Part shown: positions 39,611-47,886 of the stretch, piece by piece
How positions within the stretch are numbered: position 1 is the first letter of the stretch
Layout of the letters: each line of letters begins with the position of its first letter
Source of the DNA: Bacillota bacterium
GTDB taxonomy: Bacteria > Bacillota > Clostridia > Oscillospirales > Oscillospiraceae
DNA length: 64,000 nucleotides
Assembly (NCBI GenBank): GCA_029225225.1
Contig: JAQXWB010000065.1
Location: forward strand, 253 to 64,252
Direction of reading: 5' to 3'
The notes under the pieces: model-generated
The model's database searches: none
What the model saw: only the letters and a program-made list of their open reading frames with translations
Told to the model about the DNA's origin: nothing
Program-made: the position numbers and the translations under genes

Positions 39611-42406
39611 ATGGATTACAAGAACACCATCATCACACCGAAAACCGATTTTCCCATGCGCGCGGGGCTGCCCACGCGGGAGCCGCCGATGCTGGAGCAT
39701 TGGAACAAGATCGACGTCTATTCCCTTTTGCTCGAAAAGAACAAGGGTAAGCCTGCTTTTATCCTGCATGACGGGCCTCCCTTCTCCAACGGCGATATCC
39801 ACATGGGGCACGCACTCAACAAGACCTTGAAGGATTTCATCGTCCGCTCCTACGCCATGCGCGGCTACTATACGCCGTTCACGCCCGGCTGGGACAACCA
39901 CGGCATGCCCATCGAGTCCGCGATCATCAAGAAGAACAAGCTCAACCACAAGACCATGCCCGTGACGGAGTTCCGCTCCGCATGCGAAGCCTTTGCCGAG
40001 GACTTTATTCAGCGGCAGATGGCGGGCTTCCGCCGTTTGGGCGTCTTGGGCGATTGGGAGCATCCCTACCGCACGATGGACAAGCACTTTGAAGCCGAAG
40101 AAGTTAAGGTATTCGGCGAGATGTACCGCAAGGGCTACATCTACAAGGGCTTGAAGCCCGTTTACTGGTGCCCGAAGGACGAGACGGCGCTTGCCGAGGC
40201 GGAGATCGAGTATCAGGACGATCCCTGCACCTCCATCTATGTCAAGTTCGCCCTCAAGGACACGCAGGGCAAAATGAACACCGAAAACACCTACGTCGTC
40301 ATCTGGACGACCACGCCGTGGACGCTGCCCGGCAACCTCGCCATTGCTTTGAACGCCAACGAGAGCTATGTCCTCGTGGACGCGAAAAACGGCGAACGCT
40401 ATATCGTTGCGGAGGCGCTGCTGGAAAAGACGATGAAAGCAGGCGGCATCGCGGAATATGAAATTTTAGAGCGTCACGAGGGCAAATTCTTCGAGTATAT
40501 GACCGCGCAGCACCCCTTCTTGGAGCGCGATTCCCTGCTTGTCTGCGCGGACTATGTCACAATGGACTCCGGCACGGGCTGCGTCCACACCGCCCCCGGC
40601 TTCGGCGCGGATGACTATCAGACCTGCCGCCGCTACAAGATCGACCTCATCGTCCCCGTGGACGACAGAGGCTATCAGACCGCAGACGCGGGCAAGTACG
40701 CGGGGATGCGCTATGATGTCTCCAACGAGCAGATCGTCACCGATTTGAAGGAATCGGGCGCGCTGTTTGCTTCCGAGGTTTTCACCCACAGCTATCCGCA
40801 CTGCTGGCGCTGCAAGAGCCCGATCATCTTCCGCGCCACGCCGCAGTGGTTCTGCTCGGTCGAGTCCTTCAAGGATGAGGCGGTCGCCGCGTGCGAAAAG
40901 GTCCAATGGCTGCCCGCGTGGGGCAAGGATCGCATGGTTGCCATGATCCGCGACCGCGCCGACTGGTGCATTTCGCGTCAGCGCCGCTGGGGTCTGCCGA
41001 TCCCCGTGTTCTACTGCAAGGACTGCGGCAAGCCCGTCTGCACGCCTGAGACGATTGATCATATCTCCAAGCTCTTCGACGAGAACGGCTCGAACATCTG
41101 GTTCGCCAAGGAAGCGATGGAGCTGGTTCCCGAGGGACTGACCTGCCCGCACTGCGGCGGCAAAGCCTTTGAGAAAGAGACGGACACCCTCGACGGTTGG
41201 TTCGACTCCGGTTCGACGCACATCGCCTCCCTGCGCCGAGAGCATCCCGACCTGTGGCCGGCGACGATGTACCTTGAGGGCGCGGATCAGTACCGCGGCT
41301 GGTTCCAGTCGAGCCTGCTGACGAGCGTCGGCGCACTCGGACAGGGCGCACCCTTTACCAAGTGCCTCACCCACGGCTGGACGGTGGACGGCGAGGGCAA
41401 GGCGATGCATAAATCCCTCGGCAACGGCGTCGATCCCGCCGACCTGATCCGCGATTTCGGCGCGGACATCGTGCGTCTGTGGGCGGCGTCGGCGGATTAC
41501 CGTGCGGACGTGCGCTGCTCCAAGGAGATTTTCAAGCAGCTCTCGCAGAACTATCTGAAATTCCGCAACACCGCGCGCTACTGCCTCGGCAACCTCGACG
41601 GCTTCGACGCGAATCATCTTGTAAAGCCGGAGGAAATGCTCGAGCTTGACCGCTGGGCGATGACGAAGCTGAACGGACTGATCCGCACCGCGTTTGAAGC
41701 CTATGACAACTACGAATTCCATGTTCTGACCCACGCGATCAACGATTTCTGCGTGGTGGAGCTGTCGAATTTCTACCTCGACATTCTCAAAGACCGCCTC
41801 TACTGCGAGGCGAAGGACGGTCTGAAGCGCCGCAGTGCCCAGACCGCGCTGTTCCTGATCGTGGACGCGATGGCGAAGATGTTCGCGCCCATCCTGCCCT
41901 TCACCTGCGACGAGATCTGGCAGGCGATGCCGCACCGCGAGGGCGACGACACGCGCAACATCGTCCTCAACGAGATGGCAAAGCCCTATGACGAATATGC
42001 GCTCAGCGAAGCGGAGATGGCGAAGTGGGACACCCTCATCGCCCTTCGCAGCGACGTCAACGGCGTTCTGGAGACGGCCCGCGCCGATAAGCGCATCGGC
42101 AAGGCGCTCGAAGCGCATGTCGCCCTGTATCCGACGGATGACGCCGCAAAGACCTGCCTCGAAGCGGTCAGGGAGATGAATCTTGCGGAGCTGTTCATCG
42201 TCTCGGACGTGCTGCTCGAGGGCGAGAAGCCGCAGGAAGCAAGCGTCTGCGCGCACGGGGAGAACTTCTCCGGCATGCTGATCGAGGTTCGTAACGCCGA
42301 GGGCGTCAAGTGCCCGCGCTGCTGGATGCACTCGACCAAGGCGAACGAGGAAGGACTCTGCCCGCGCTGCGCGGCAGTCATTGCGGAGATGGATCTCGGC
42401 GCATAA
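39611..42406 (+). CDS. ileS: isoleucine--tRNA ligase
   Basis: HIGH-type motif (GDIHMGHALNK), KMSKS-type (GKAMHKSLGN), and two C-terminal CxxC zinc motifs. ATG 39611 follows GGAGGA. Preceded by a T-box leader with an AUC specifier. Confidence 0.95.
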   Translation: MDYKNTIITPKTDFPMRAGLPTREPPMLEHWNKIDVYSLLLEKNKGKPAFILHDGPPFSNGDIHMGHALNKTLKDFIVRSYAMRGYYTPFTPGWDNHGMPIESAIIKKNKLNHKTMPVTEFRSACEAFAEDFIQRQMAGFRRLGVLGDWEHPYRTMDKHFEAEEVKVFGEMYRKGYIYKGLKPVYWCPKDETALAEAEIEYQDDPCTSIYVKFALKDTQGKMNTENTYVVIWTTTPWTLPGNLAIALNANESYVLVDAKNGERYIVAEALLEKTMKAGGIAEYEILERHEGKFFEYMTAQHPFLERDSLLVCADYVTMDSGTGCVHTAPGFGADDYQTCRRYKIDLIVPVDDRGYQTADAGKYAGMRYDVSNEQIVTDLKESGALFASEVFTHSYPHCWRCKSPIIFRATPQWFCSVESFKDEAVAACEKVQWLPAWGKDRMVAMIRDRADWCISRQRRWGLPIPVFYCKDCGKPVCTPETIDHISKLFDENGSNIWFAKEAMELVPEGLTCPHCGGKAFEKETDTLDGWFDSGSTHIASLRREHPDLWPATMYLEGADQYRGWFQSSLLTSVGALGQGAPFTKCLTHGWTVDGEGKAMHKSLGNGVDPADLIRDFGADIVRLWAASADYRADVRCSKEIFKQLSQNYLKFRNTARYCLGNLDGFDANHLVKPEEMLELDRWAMTKLNGLIRTAFEAYDNYEFHVLTHAINDFCVVELSNFYLDILKDRLYCEAKDGLKRRSAQTALFLIVDAMAKMFAPILPFTCDEIWQAMPHREGDDTRNIVLNEMAKPYDEYALSEAEMAKWDTLIALRSDVNGVLETARADKRIGKALEAHVALYPTDDAAKTCLEAVREMNLAELFIVSDVLLEGEKPQEASVCAHGENFSGMLIEVRNAEGVKCPRCWMHSTKANEEGLCPRCAAVIAEMDLGA

Positions 42407-42520
42407 AGCGGAGACTGTTTGCATGAAAGTGTGTCTTACGCACAGAGCTTGTGCGGGAACTGCCAATGCGCAGAATTTTTTCTCCCGTAAATGATTCTTT
42501 CGAAGGTTCGGCAAGTTTTA

Positions 42521-42557
42521 CCCCCCTCGGAGGCGTATGCTTTCGAGGGGGGATTTT
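42521..42557 (+). terminator. ileS terminator-like hairpin that overlaps the next gene's RBS
   Basis: CCCCCCTCG-14 nt-CGAGGGGGG followed by ATTTTC, then ATG 42559. Confidence 0.5.
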
Positions 42558-42558
42558 C

Positions 42559-43056
42559 ATGAAGCATGAGAAGCGATATTTTCTGTTTGCGTGTTTGGGA
42601 GCGATCATCGGCGGCAGTGCGCTGCATTTTCTCTATACGGCGCTGCCGAATCCGCTGACGGCATTGATCGCGCCGGTCAATGAGAGCGTTTGGGAGCATC
42701 TGAAGCTGCTGTATTATCCAACGCTGCTGGCGGCGTATCTGCTCTCGCAATGTACCATGGAGCGGCAACGACTTTGGAGCGGCTTTTTGCTCGCGGTGCT
42801 TGCCATGCCGCTTTTTCTGGTGGGGGTGTATTATCTGCTCGTCTGCGGCTTTGGCGTGGAGGGACTGCTTGCGGATATTGGGCTGTATGTTTTCACGATG
42901 GCAGGCGGCTTTGCGCTTGCCTATGCGATTTATCGCAAGGGGGTTGACGTCCGCACGACGGGAGTGCTGCTGATGCTTGTGATCTTTTACGGCGCGTTTT
43001 TGGTCGTTTTCTCGTTTGCAGCGCCGCATTTCGGCATTTTTCTTCCGCCGCAATAG
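42559..43056 (+). CDS. small polytopic membrane protein, function unknown
   Basis: 165 aa, 5-6 hydrophobic helices. ATG 42559 verified (track ORF starts 42451). Confidence 0.55.
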   Translation: MKHEKRYFLFACLGAIIGGSALHFLYTALPNPLTALIAPVNESVWEHLKLLYYPTLLAAYLLSQCTMERQRLWSGFLLAVLAMPLFLVGVYYLLVCGFGVEGLLADIGLYVFTMAGGFALAYAIYRKGVDVRTTGVLLMLVIFYGAFLVVFSFAAPHFGIFLPPQ

Positions 43057-43081
43057 AAGACTGCCGTGCATACAGACAAAA

Positions 43082-43202
43082 GATTTGTACGCAGGAGCCG
43101 AAACTGCGGCTGTAGGGGCGGCTATCAGCCGCCCGTCGGTACAGCGGAACAGGTTTGTACACGGTCGGTAGTTCCTGCACGCAGGCGGCTGATAGCCGAC
43201 CC
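43082..43202. repeat. Repeat locus R13 (K-like - B - K - Brev)
   Basis: GATTTGTACGCAGG...CTGTAGGGGCGGCTATCAGCCGCCC...GGTTTGTACACGGTCGGTAGTTCCTGCACGCAGGCGGCTGATAGCCG. Confidence 0.85.
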
Positions 43203-43221
43203 GATGCCATGGAGGAGAGCT

Positions 43222-43258
43222 GCATAAAATGAAATCTCCCCTCGTTGGGAGGGGAGAT
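43222..43258 (-). terminator. intrinsic terminator for arcA
   Basis: ATCTCCCCTC-loop-GAGGGGAGAT, then TTCATTTTAT on the minus strand. Starts 6 nt after the arcA stop. Confidence 0.65.
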
Positions 43259-43263
43259 GGTGG

Positions 43264-44481
43264 TTATTCTCGGATTAAGGGCATGCTCATGCAGCGGGGG
43301 CCGCCTCTGCCGCGGCTCAGCTCGCCGCTGGGGATTTTTAAGACGGTGATGCCCTCCGCCTCCATCAGCGCGTTGGTGACATAGTTACGGTCGTATGCGA
43401 TCACCGTACCGGGGCGAATGCACAGGGCGTTCGAGCCGTCGTTCCACTGCTCGCGCTGCGCCGCGATTTGGTCGCCGCCGCCGCAGCGCAGTAAGGTTAC
43501 CTGTTCCGCGCCGACTGCGTCGGCAAGCACCTTTTCAATCGGGGCATCTAAACGCCGCGCTCTCGGACTTCCGTGGACGCCCGGCGTCAGCTCAAAGATT
43601 TGCAGAGATTCTAAAATGGTCGGATGGATCAGGAATTTGTCCGTGTCGATCTGCGTCAGCACGGTATCCAGATGCATAAAGGCGCGGCGGCTGGGGATAT
43701 CAAATGCCAATACCCGCCGAATCTGCGCCGCCTCGTCACGGAAAATGTTCCTTGCCAGCCGCTCGACTGCCTCCGGCATCGTGCGCTGAGAAATACCGAC
43801 GGCGATTGTCTCAGCGCTCAGGTTGAGAATGTCGCCGCCCTCTAAGCTGAACGGCTCCTCCGGCTTATAATAAAACGGCACTTTCCCCGCGTAATCGGGG
43901 TGGTGATGCAGGATATAGTCGCTGTAGATCGTCTCGCGATTGCGCGTGTCGGAGTACATATGGTGCAGGGAGACGCCGTGCCCGATGCTGGCAAAGGGGT
44001 CGCGCGTGAAATAGAGGTTCGGAATGGGGTCGAGGACAAAATGGGTGCGGTCGCTGCGCAGTGCGGCAAGCGAGGCGGCTCCGTGGATGGGCAGCTCGTC
44101 AAAGCACACGCCGGACATCGTCTTGTTCACCAGCTCGGCAGCATCCCGCGAGGCAAGCAAAACCTCTGTAAGCGGTTCGCGATAGCTGTCGGCGACGGGG
44201 CCGCTGCGGTGAATAAAATCCGCGACAAATTGCTCCTGCAACGCCGCGCTTTGCGCTAAGGTCTGCGCTGCCAGTTCGCTCAAATAGACGACCTCAACGC
44301 CGTTTTCACGCAGAGTCCGGGCGAAGGCATCATGCTCGGATTGCGCGCCGAGGAGATACGGTATGTCGTCAAACAGGAGCTGCTGGAGGGAATTCGGCAC
44401 AAGCTGTTCCAGCTCGCTGCCGGGGCGCTGCAAAAGTACCTTTTTCAGCGGTCGGACTTCACTTCTAACATGGATTGACAT
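43264..44481 (-). CDS. arcA: arginine deiminase
   Basis: 405 aa, MSIHVRSEVRPLKKVLL start. C-terminal catalytic Cys context GGPRCMSMPL. Confidence 0.9.
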   Translation of the reverse strand: MSIHVRSEVRPLKKVLLQRPGSELEQLVPNSLQQLLFDDIPYLLGAQSEHDAFARTLRENGVEVVYLSELAAQTLAQSAALQEQFVADFIHRSGPVADSYREPLTEVLLASRDAAELVNKTMSGVCFDELPIHGAASLAALRSDRTHFVLDPIPNLYFTRDPFASIGHGVSLHHMYSDTRNRETIYSDYILHHHPDYAGKVPFYYKPEEPFSLEGGDILNLSAETIAVGISQRTMPEAVERLARNIFRDEAAQIRRVLAFDIPSRRAFMHLDTVLTQIDTDKFLIHPTILESLQIFELTPGVHGSPRARRLDAPIEKVLADAVGAEQVTLLRCGGGDQIAAQREQWNDGSNALCIRPGTVIAYDRNYVTNALMEAEGITVLKIPSGELSRGRGGPRCMSMPLIRE

Positions 44482-44616
44482 GGTATTTTCCTCTTTTCAT
44501 ATTCGGTGCCGAAATGGAAACATCTCATTTAGTGTATCATACTTTAAGCGGAAAGGCAATAATCTTTCGTCGTTTCCGGGGTGGATTTCGAGTGATATTG
44601 CTGACGCAGTTTTGGG

Positions 44617-45909
44617 TTATGGGAGCGGGACACCAAGGACGGCGTCCGGAAGAAGCGCCTCAATTTTGACGCGGCGGAGCGTGTTTTGCTCCATCGGCTC
44701 ACGGACGCAGACCTTTTCGCCGTTCGGGGCGTGCCCGGTAAAATACGCCCCCTCGGGCTGCTCAAACAGCACCTCCTGCACCGTGCCGATCAGCGCGCGG
44801 TCGTAGCGCTCCCGCAGCTTTGCGGCGGTCTGCCCGGCTCTTGCAGCCCGTTCTGTCTTGACCGCCTTCGCGATCTGGTCGGGCATGGCGTCGGCAGGCG
44901 TTCCCGCGCGACGGGAATAGGGGAAGATATGCATTGCCGCAAAGCCGCATTTTTCGGCAAATGCTAAGGATTCCTCCAGCTCCGCCTCCGTTTCGCCGGG
45001 GAAGCCGACAATCAGGTCTGTTGTCACCGCGCAGCCGGGGAAAGCATCGTTCAGCAGACGCACGCTTTCATAATATCGCGCGGTGTCATATTTGCGGTGC
45101 ATCCGTTTTAATACCGTATCACTGCCGCTTTGCAGGCTGAGATGGAACTGCGGGCAGAGATTGGGCAGAGCGGACAGGCGCTTGCAGAATGCCTCGTCCA
45201 CCACTCGCGGTTCGAGCGAGCCGAGACGGACGCGCAGCTCGGGCACGGCACGGCAGAGCGCCTCGGCAAGGTCGACAAAGCGGCTGCTGTCCTTAAAATC
45301 CCAGCCCCATGAGGCGATCTCAATGCCCGTGACGACGATCTCGCGGTAGCCTGCCGCAGCCAGCGCCTTTGCCTGCTCTACCGCTTCGGCAAGGGGCAGG
45401 GAGCGGACAGGGCCGCGCGCATAGGGGATGATGCAGTAGGTGCAGAAGTTGTTGCAGCCGTCCTGCACCTTGAGCATGGCGCGAGTACGCTCAAACAAGC
45501 CGCCTGCGGGCAGAACCTCATAGGTGCGACGCCGCAGCGCCTCATCCACGGAAACGAGAGGTGTGCGCTCCTTCTGCGCGCAAGCCTGCAAAAGCAGCTG
45601 CACGAATTCCTCTCTGCCGCCGCTGCCGCTGATCACATCCACGCCCATCTCCCGCACCGCGTCGGTGCTGACCTGTGCGTAGCAGCCGCATACGCCGAGT
45701 ACCGCGTCGGGATGCTCGCGACGCAGACGGTGAATCAGCGTTCGGTTTTTACGATCCGCGACCGCAGTGACGGTGCAGGTGTTGACGATCAAGGCGTCGC
45801 TCTCCGCTTCCGGTGCGAGGGTGTTTCCCAATGCGATGAGCTGCTGCTCCATCGCCTGCGTTTCGTACTGGTTGACCTTACAGCCGAGGGTAAAACAATG
45901 AAATTTCAT
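44617..45909 (-). CDS. mtaB: tRNA-t6A37 methylthiotransferase MtaB
   Basis: MKFHCFTLGCKVNQYE N-domain, radical SAM CNNFCTYC, TRAM-like C-terminus. Confidence 0.85.
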   Translation of the reverse strand: MKFHCFTLGCKVNQYETQAMEQQLIALGNTLAPEAESDALIVNTCTVTAVADRKNRTLIHRLRREHPDAVLGVCGCYAQVSTDAVREMGVDVISGSGGREEFVQLLLQACAQKERTPLVSVDEALRRRTYEVLPAGGLFERTRAMLKVQDGCNNFCTYCIIPYARGPVRSLPLAEAVEQAKALAAAGYREIVVTGIEIASWGWDFKDSSRFVDLAEALCRAVPELRVRLGSLEPRVVDEAFCKRLSALPNLCPQFHLSLQSGSDTVLKRMHRKYDTARYYESVRLLNDAFPGCAVTTDLIVGFPGETEAELEESLAFAEKCGFAAMHIFPYSRRAGTPADAMPDQIAKAVKTERAARAGQTAAKLRERYDRALIGTVQEVLFEQPEGAYFTGHAPNGEKVCVREPMEQNTLRRVKIEALLPDAVLGVPLP

Positions 45910-45964
45910 ATATTATCTCCAAAAATCCTTTTTGAAACCTTCAAAAAATTGAACAAAAGATGCA

Positions 45965-45994
45965 TTGCATTTTTGTGCAAATAGACGGTATAAT
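45965..45994 (+). promoter_or_regulatory. promoter for the HPr-like gene / dacB
   Basis: TTGCAT, 18 nt, TATAAT. Confidence 0.5.
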
Positions 45995-46102
45995 GTGCAT
46001 ATTACTATTTTAACAGGGTTTAGAGAAAAAGTACAGTCCAAAGTTGCTTGAACTGCAAAATGGGCTGCCCTGCGCCGCAGAGGCGGCAGAAGGAGATTGT
46101 TT

Positions 46103-46330
46103 ATGACTGTAAGATTCGAGTCTTTGGGTGATGTCAAGGAATTTGTCGGGCTTGCGACCTTACAGCCCTATGCCGTACAGGTACAGGATGGCGACCGCAT
46201 GGTGAACGCAAAGAGCTTTATGGAGATGTTCACCATCAATTTTACGCAGCCGCTGCTCGTTGAGGTCGCCGGGAAGGAGAACGAAGCGGATTTTGCCCGC
46301 GCCGCAAAGCGATTCCTCGTCTGTGCTTGA
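46103..46330 (+). CDS. HPr-like small protein lacking the His15 phosphorylation motif
   Basis: 75 aa. VNAKSFMEMFTINFTQPLLVEV resembles the C-terminal half of the HPr fold. No G-x-HARP motif is present. GAAGGAGA RBS. Confidence 0.45.
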   Translation: MTVRFESLGDVKEFVGLATLQPYAVQVQDGDRMVNAKSFMEMFTINFTQPLLVEVAGKENEADFARAAKRFLVCA

Positions 46331-46420
46331 AATTCCCAAGGGCTGACCTTTTTCAAAGAACACATATTCCATCCCCTTGCTTCATACGCTTGTACTGCGA
46401 TGAAGCGGAGGGGATTTTTT

Positions 46421-47569
46421 ATGAAACAACGAATTTTGTCTGTTCTTTTGGCGTTGGCGCTGATGCTCTGCGTGCTGCCTGCGGCGCGGGCGGAGGGAGT
46501 GGAGATTGCCGCGCCCTCTGCCATTTTGATGGACGCGGCGACGGGGACGATCCTCTATGAGAAAAACGCCCACGAAAAATTAGCGCCTGCCTCTGTGACA
46601 AAGGTCATGACGCTGCTTTTGGTCATGGAAGCGCTGGACAGCGGGCGTATCTCGTGGGACGATATGGTTACCGCCTCCGAGACGGCGGCAGGCAAGGGCG
46701 GCAGTCAGGTCTATTTGGAGGTCGGCGAACAGATGAGCATGGACGAAATGCTGAAGTCCGTCGTGGTCAGCTCCGCCAACGACTGCGCGACTGCGCTTGC
46801 CGAGCATGTCGCGGGCAGCGAGGCGGCGTTCGTGGAGCGGATGAACGCCCGCGCGGCGGAGCTGGGACTGGAGGACACGCATTTTGTCAACTGTACGGGG
46901 CTGGACGACGAGCCGAACGCCGCAGAGCATCTGACAAGCGCGTATGACATCGCGGTGATGTCGCGGGAGCTTTTGAAGCACGACGAGATCCGAAAGTACA
47001 CAACCATTTGGATGGATACGGTGCGCGACGGGCAGTTCGGCCTGTCAAACACCAACAAGCTCGTGCGCTTTTATCAGGGGACGACGGGGCTAAAAACGGG
47101 TTACACCAAGGCGGCGGGTCATTGCCTCTCGGCTTCCGCGCAACGCGACGGGATCGAGCTGATCGCGGTTGTGCTGCATTGTGAAAGCTCTTCCGACCGC
47201 TTCCAATCGGCGAAAGCACTGCTTGACTATGGCTTTGCCAATTACGCGCTGGTCAGCGCGGAGCTGCCGGAAGCGCCGGAGCCGATCCGGGTAAAGCTCG
47301 GCACGCAGAGCCTTTTGACGCCCGTTTTGCAGGAGTCCGCACCGATTCTGATTGAGAAGGGGGAACAGGCGCGGGTGACAAAGACGGTGACGCTGCCGGA
47401 GGAGGTGACCGCCCCGATTGCGGCGGGGCAGCAGGTCGGCACGCTGACGATTGCCACGGACGAGCGCACGCTGGCGGAAATTCCGATCATCTCCCCGACG
47501 GCAATTGACCGCCTGACCCTTTGGGAGCTGACCGTGCAGCTGTTAAGGCGGACTTGTATGGGAAGCTGA
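46421..47569 (+). CDS. D-alanyl-D-alanine carboxypeptidase (S11, PBP5/DacB-like)
   Basis: Signal peptide. SxxK (SVTK), SxN (SSAN) and KTG (LKTGYT) motifs. Confidence 0.85.
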   Translation: MKQRILSVLLALALMLCVLPAARAEGVEIAAPSAILMDAATGTILYEKNAHEKLAPASVTKVMTLLLVMEALDSGRISWDDMVTASETAAGKGGSQVYLEVGEQMSMDEMLKSVVVSSANDCATALAEHVAGSEAAFVERMNARAAELGLEDTHFVNCTGLDDEPNAAEHLTSAYDIAVMSRELLKHDEIRKYTTIWMDTVRDGQFGLSNTNKLVRFYQGTTGLKTGYTKAAGHCLSASAQRDGIELIAVVLHCESSSDRFQSAKALLDYGFANYALVSAELPEAPEPIRVKLGTQSLLTPVLQESAPILIEKGEQARVTKTVTLPEEVTAPIAAGQQVGTLTIATDERTLAEIPIISPTAIDRLTLWELTVQLLRRTCMGS

Positions 47570-47577
47570 AGGGCGTC

Positions 47578-47826
47578 GCAGTGAATAGAGAATAGTGAAT
47601 GGTGAATAGGTCGCCGCAGCGGCTTTTTCCGTTGCTTACAGCTTATTACGCGCTTGGTAGTTTCCGCCGACAGATTTTCAATCCGCGCGGAGCGCTCCGA
47701 CACTGTTCACTGTTCACTATTCATCATTCACTATTCACTGAAGCCCTGCAAAGGCGCGTCAGGGATGCCGCGCGCTACAGATTCTAAAAAGGTGCCTGCA
47801 CGCGAGCGGCTGATAGCAGCCCCTAC
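47578..47826. repeat. Repeat locus R14 (inverted H arrays, then Brev)
   Basis: GCAGTGAATAGAGAATAGTGAATGGTGAATAGG ... CACTGTTCACTGTTCACTATTCATCATTCACTATTCACTG ... GCGGCTGATAGCAGCCCCTAC. Confidence 0.8.
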
Positions 47827-47850
47827 GGCGCGAAGCGGTATATGGAAAAA

Positions 47851-47882
47851 ACGAAGCAGGCGGGGTGCCTGCTTCGTTTTTT
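47851..47882. terminator. bidirectional terminator (dacB-like / acsB)
   Basis: A6-ACGAAGCAGG-cggggtg-CCTGCTTCGT-T6. Confidence 0.75.
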
Positions 47883-47886
47883 ATGA

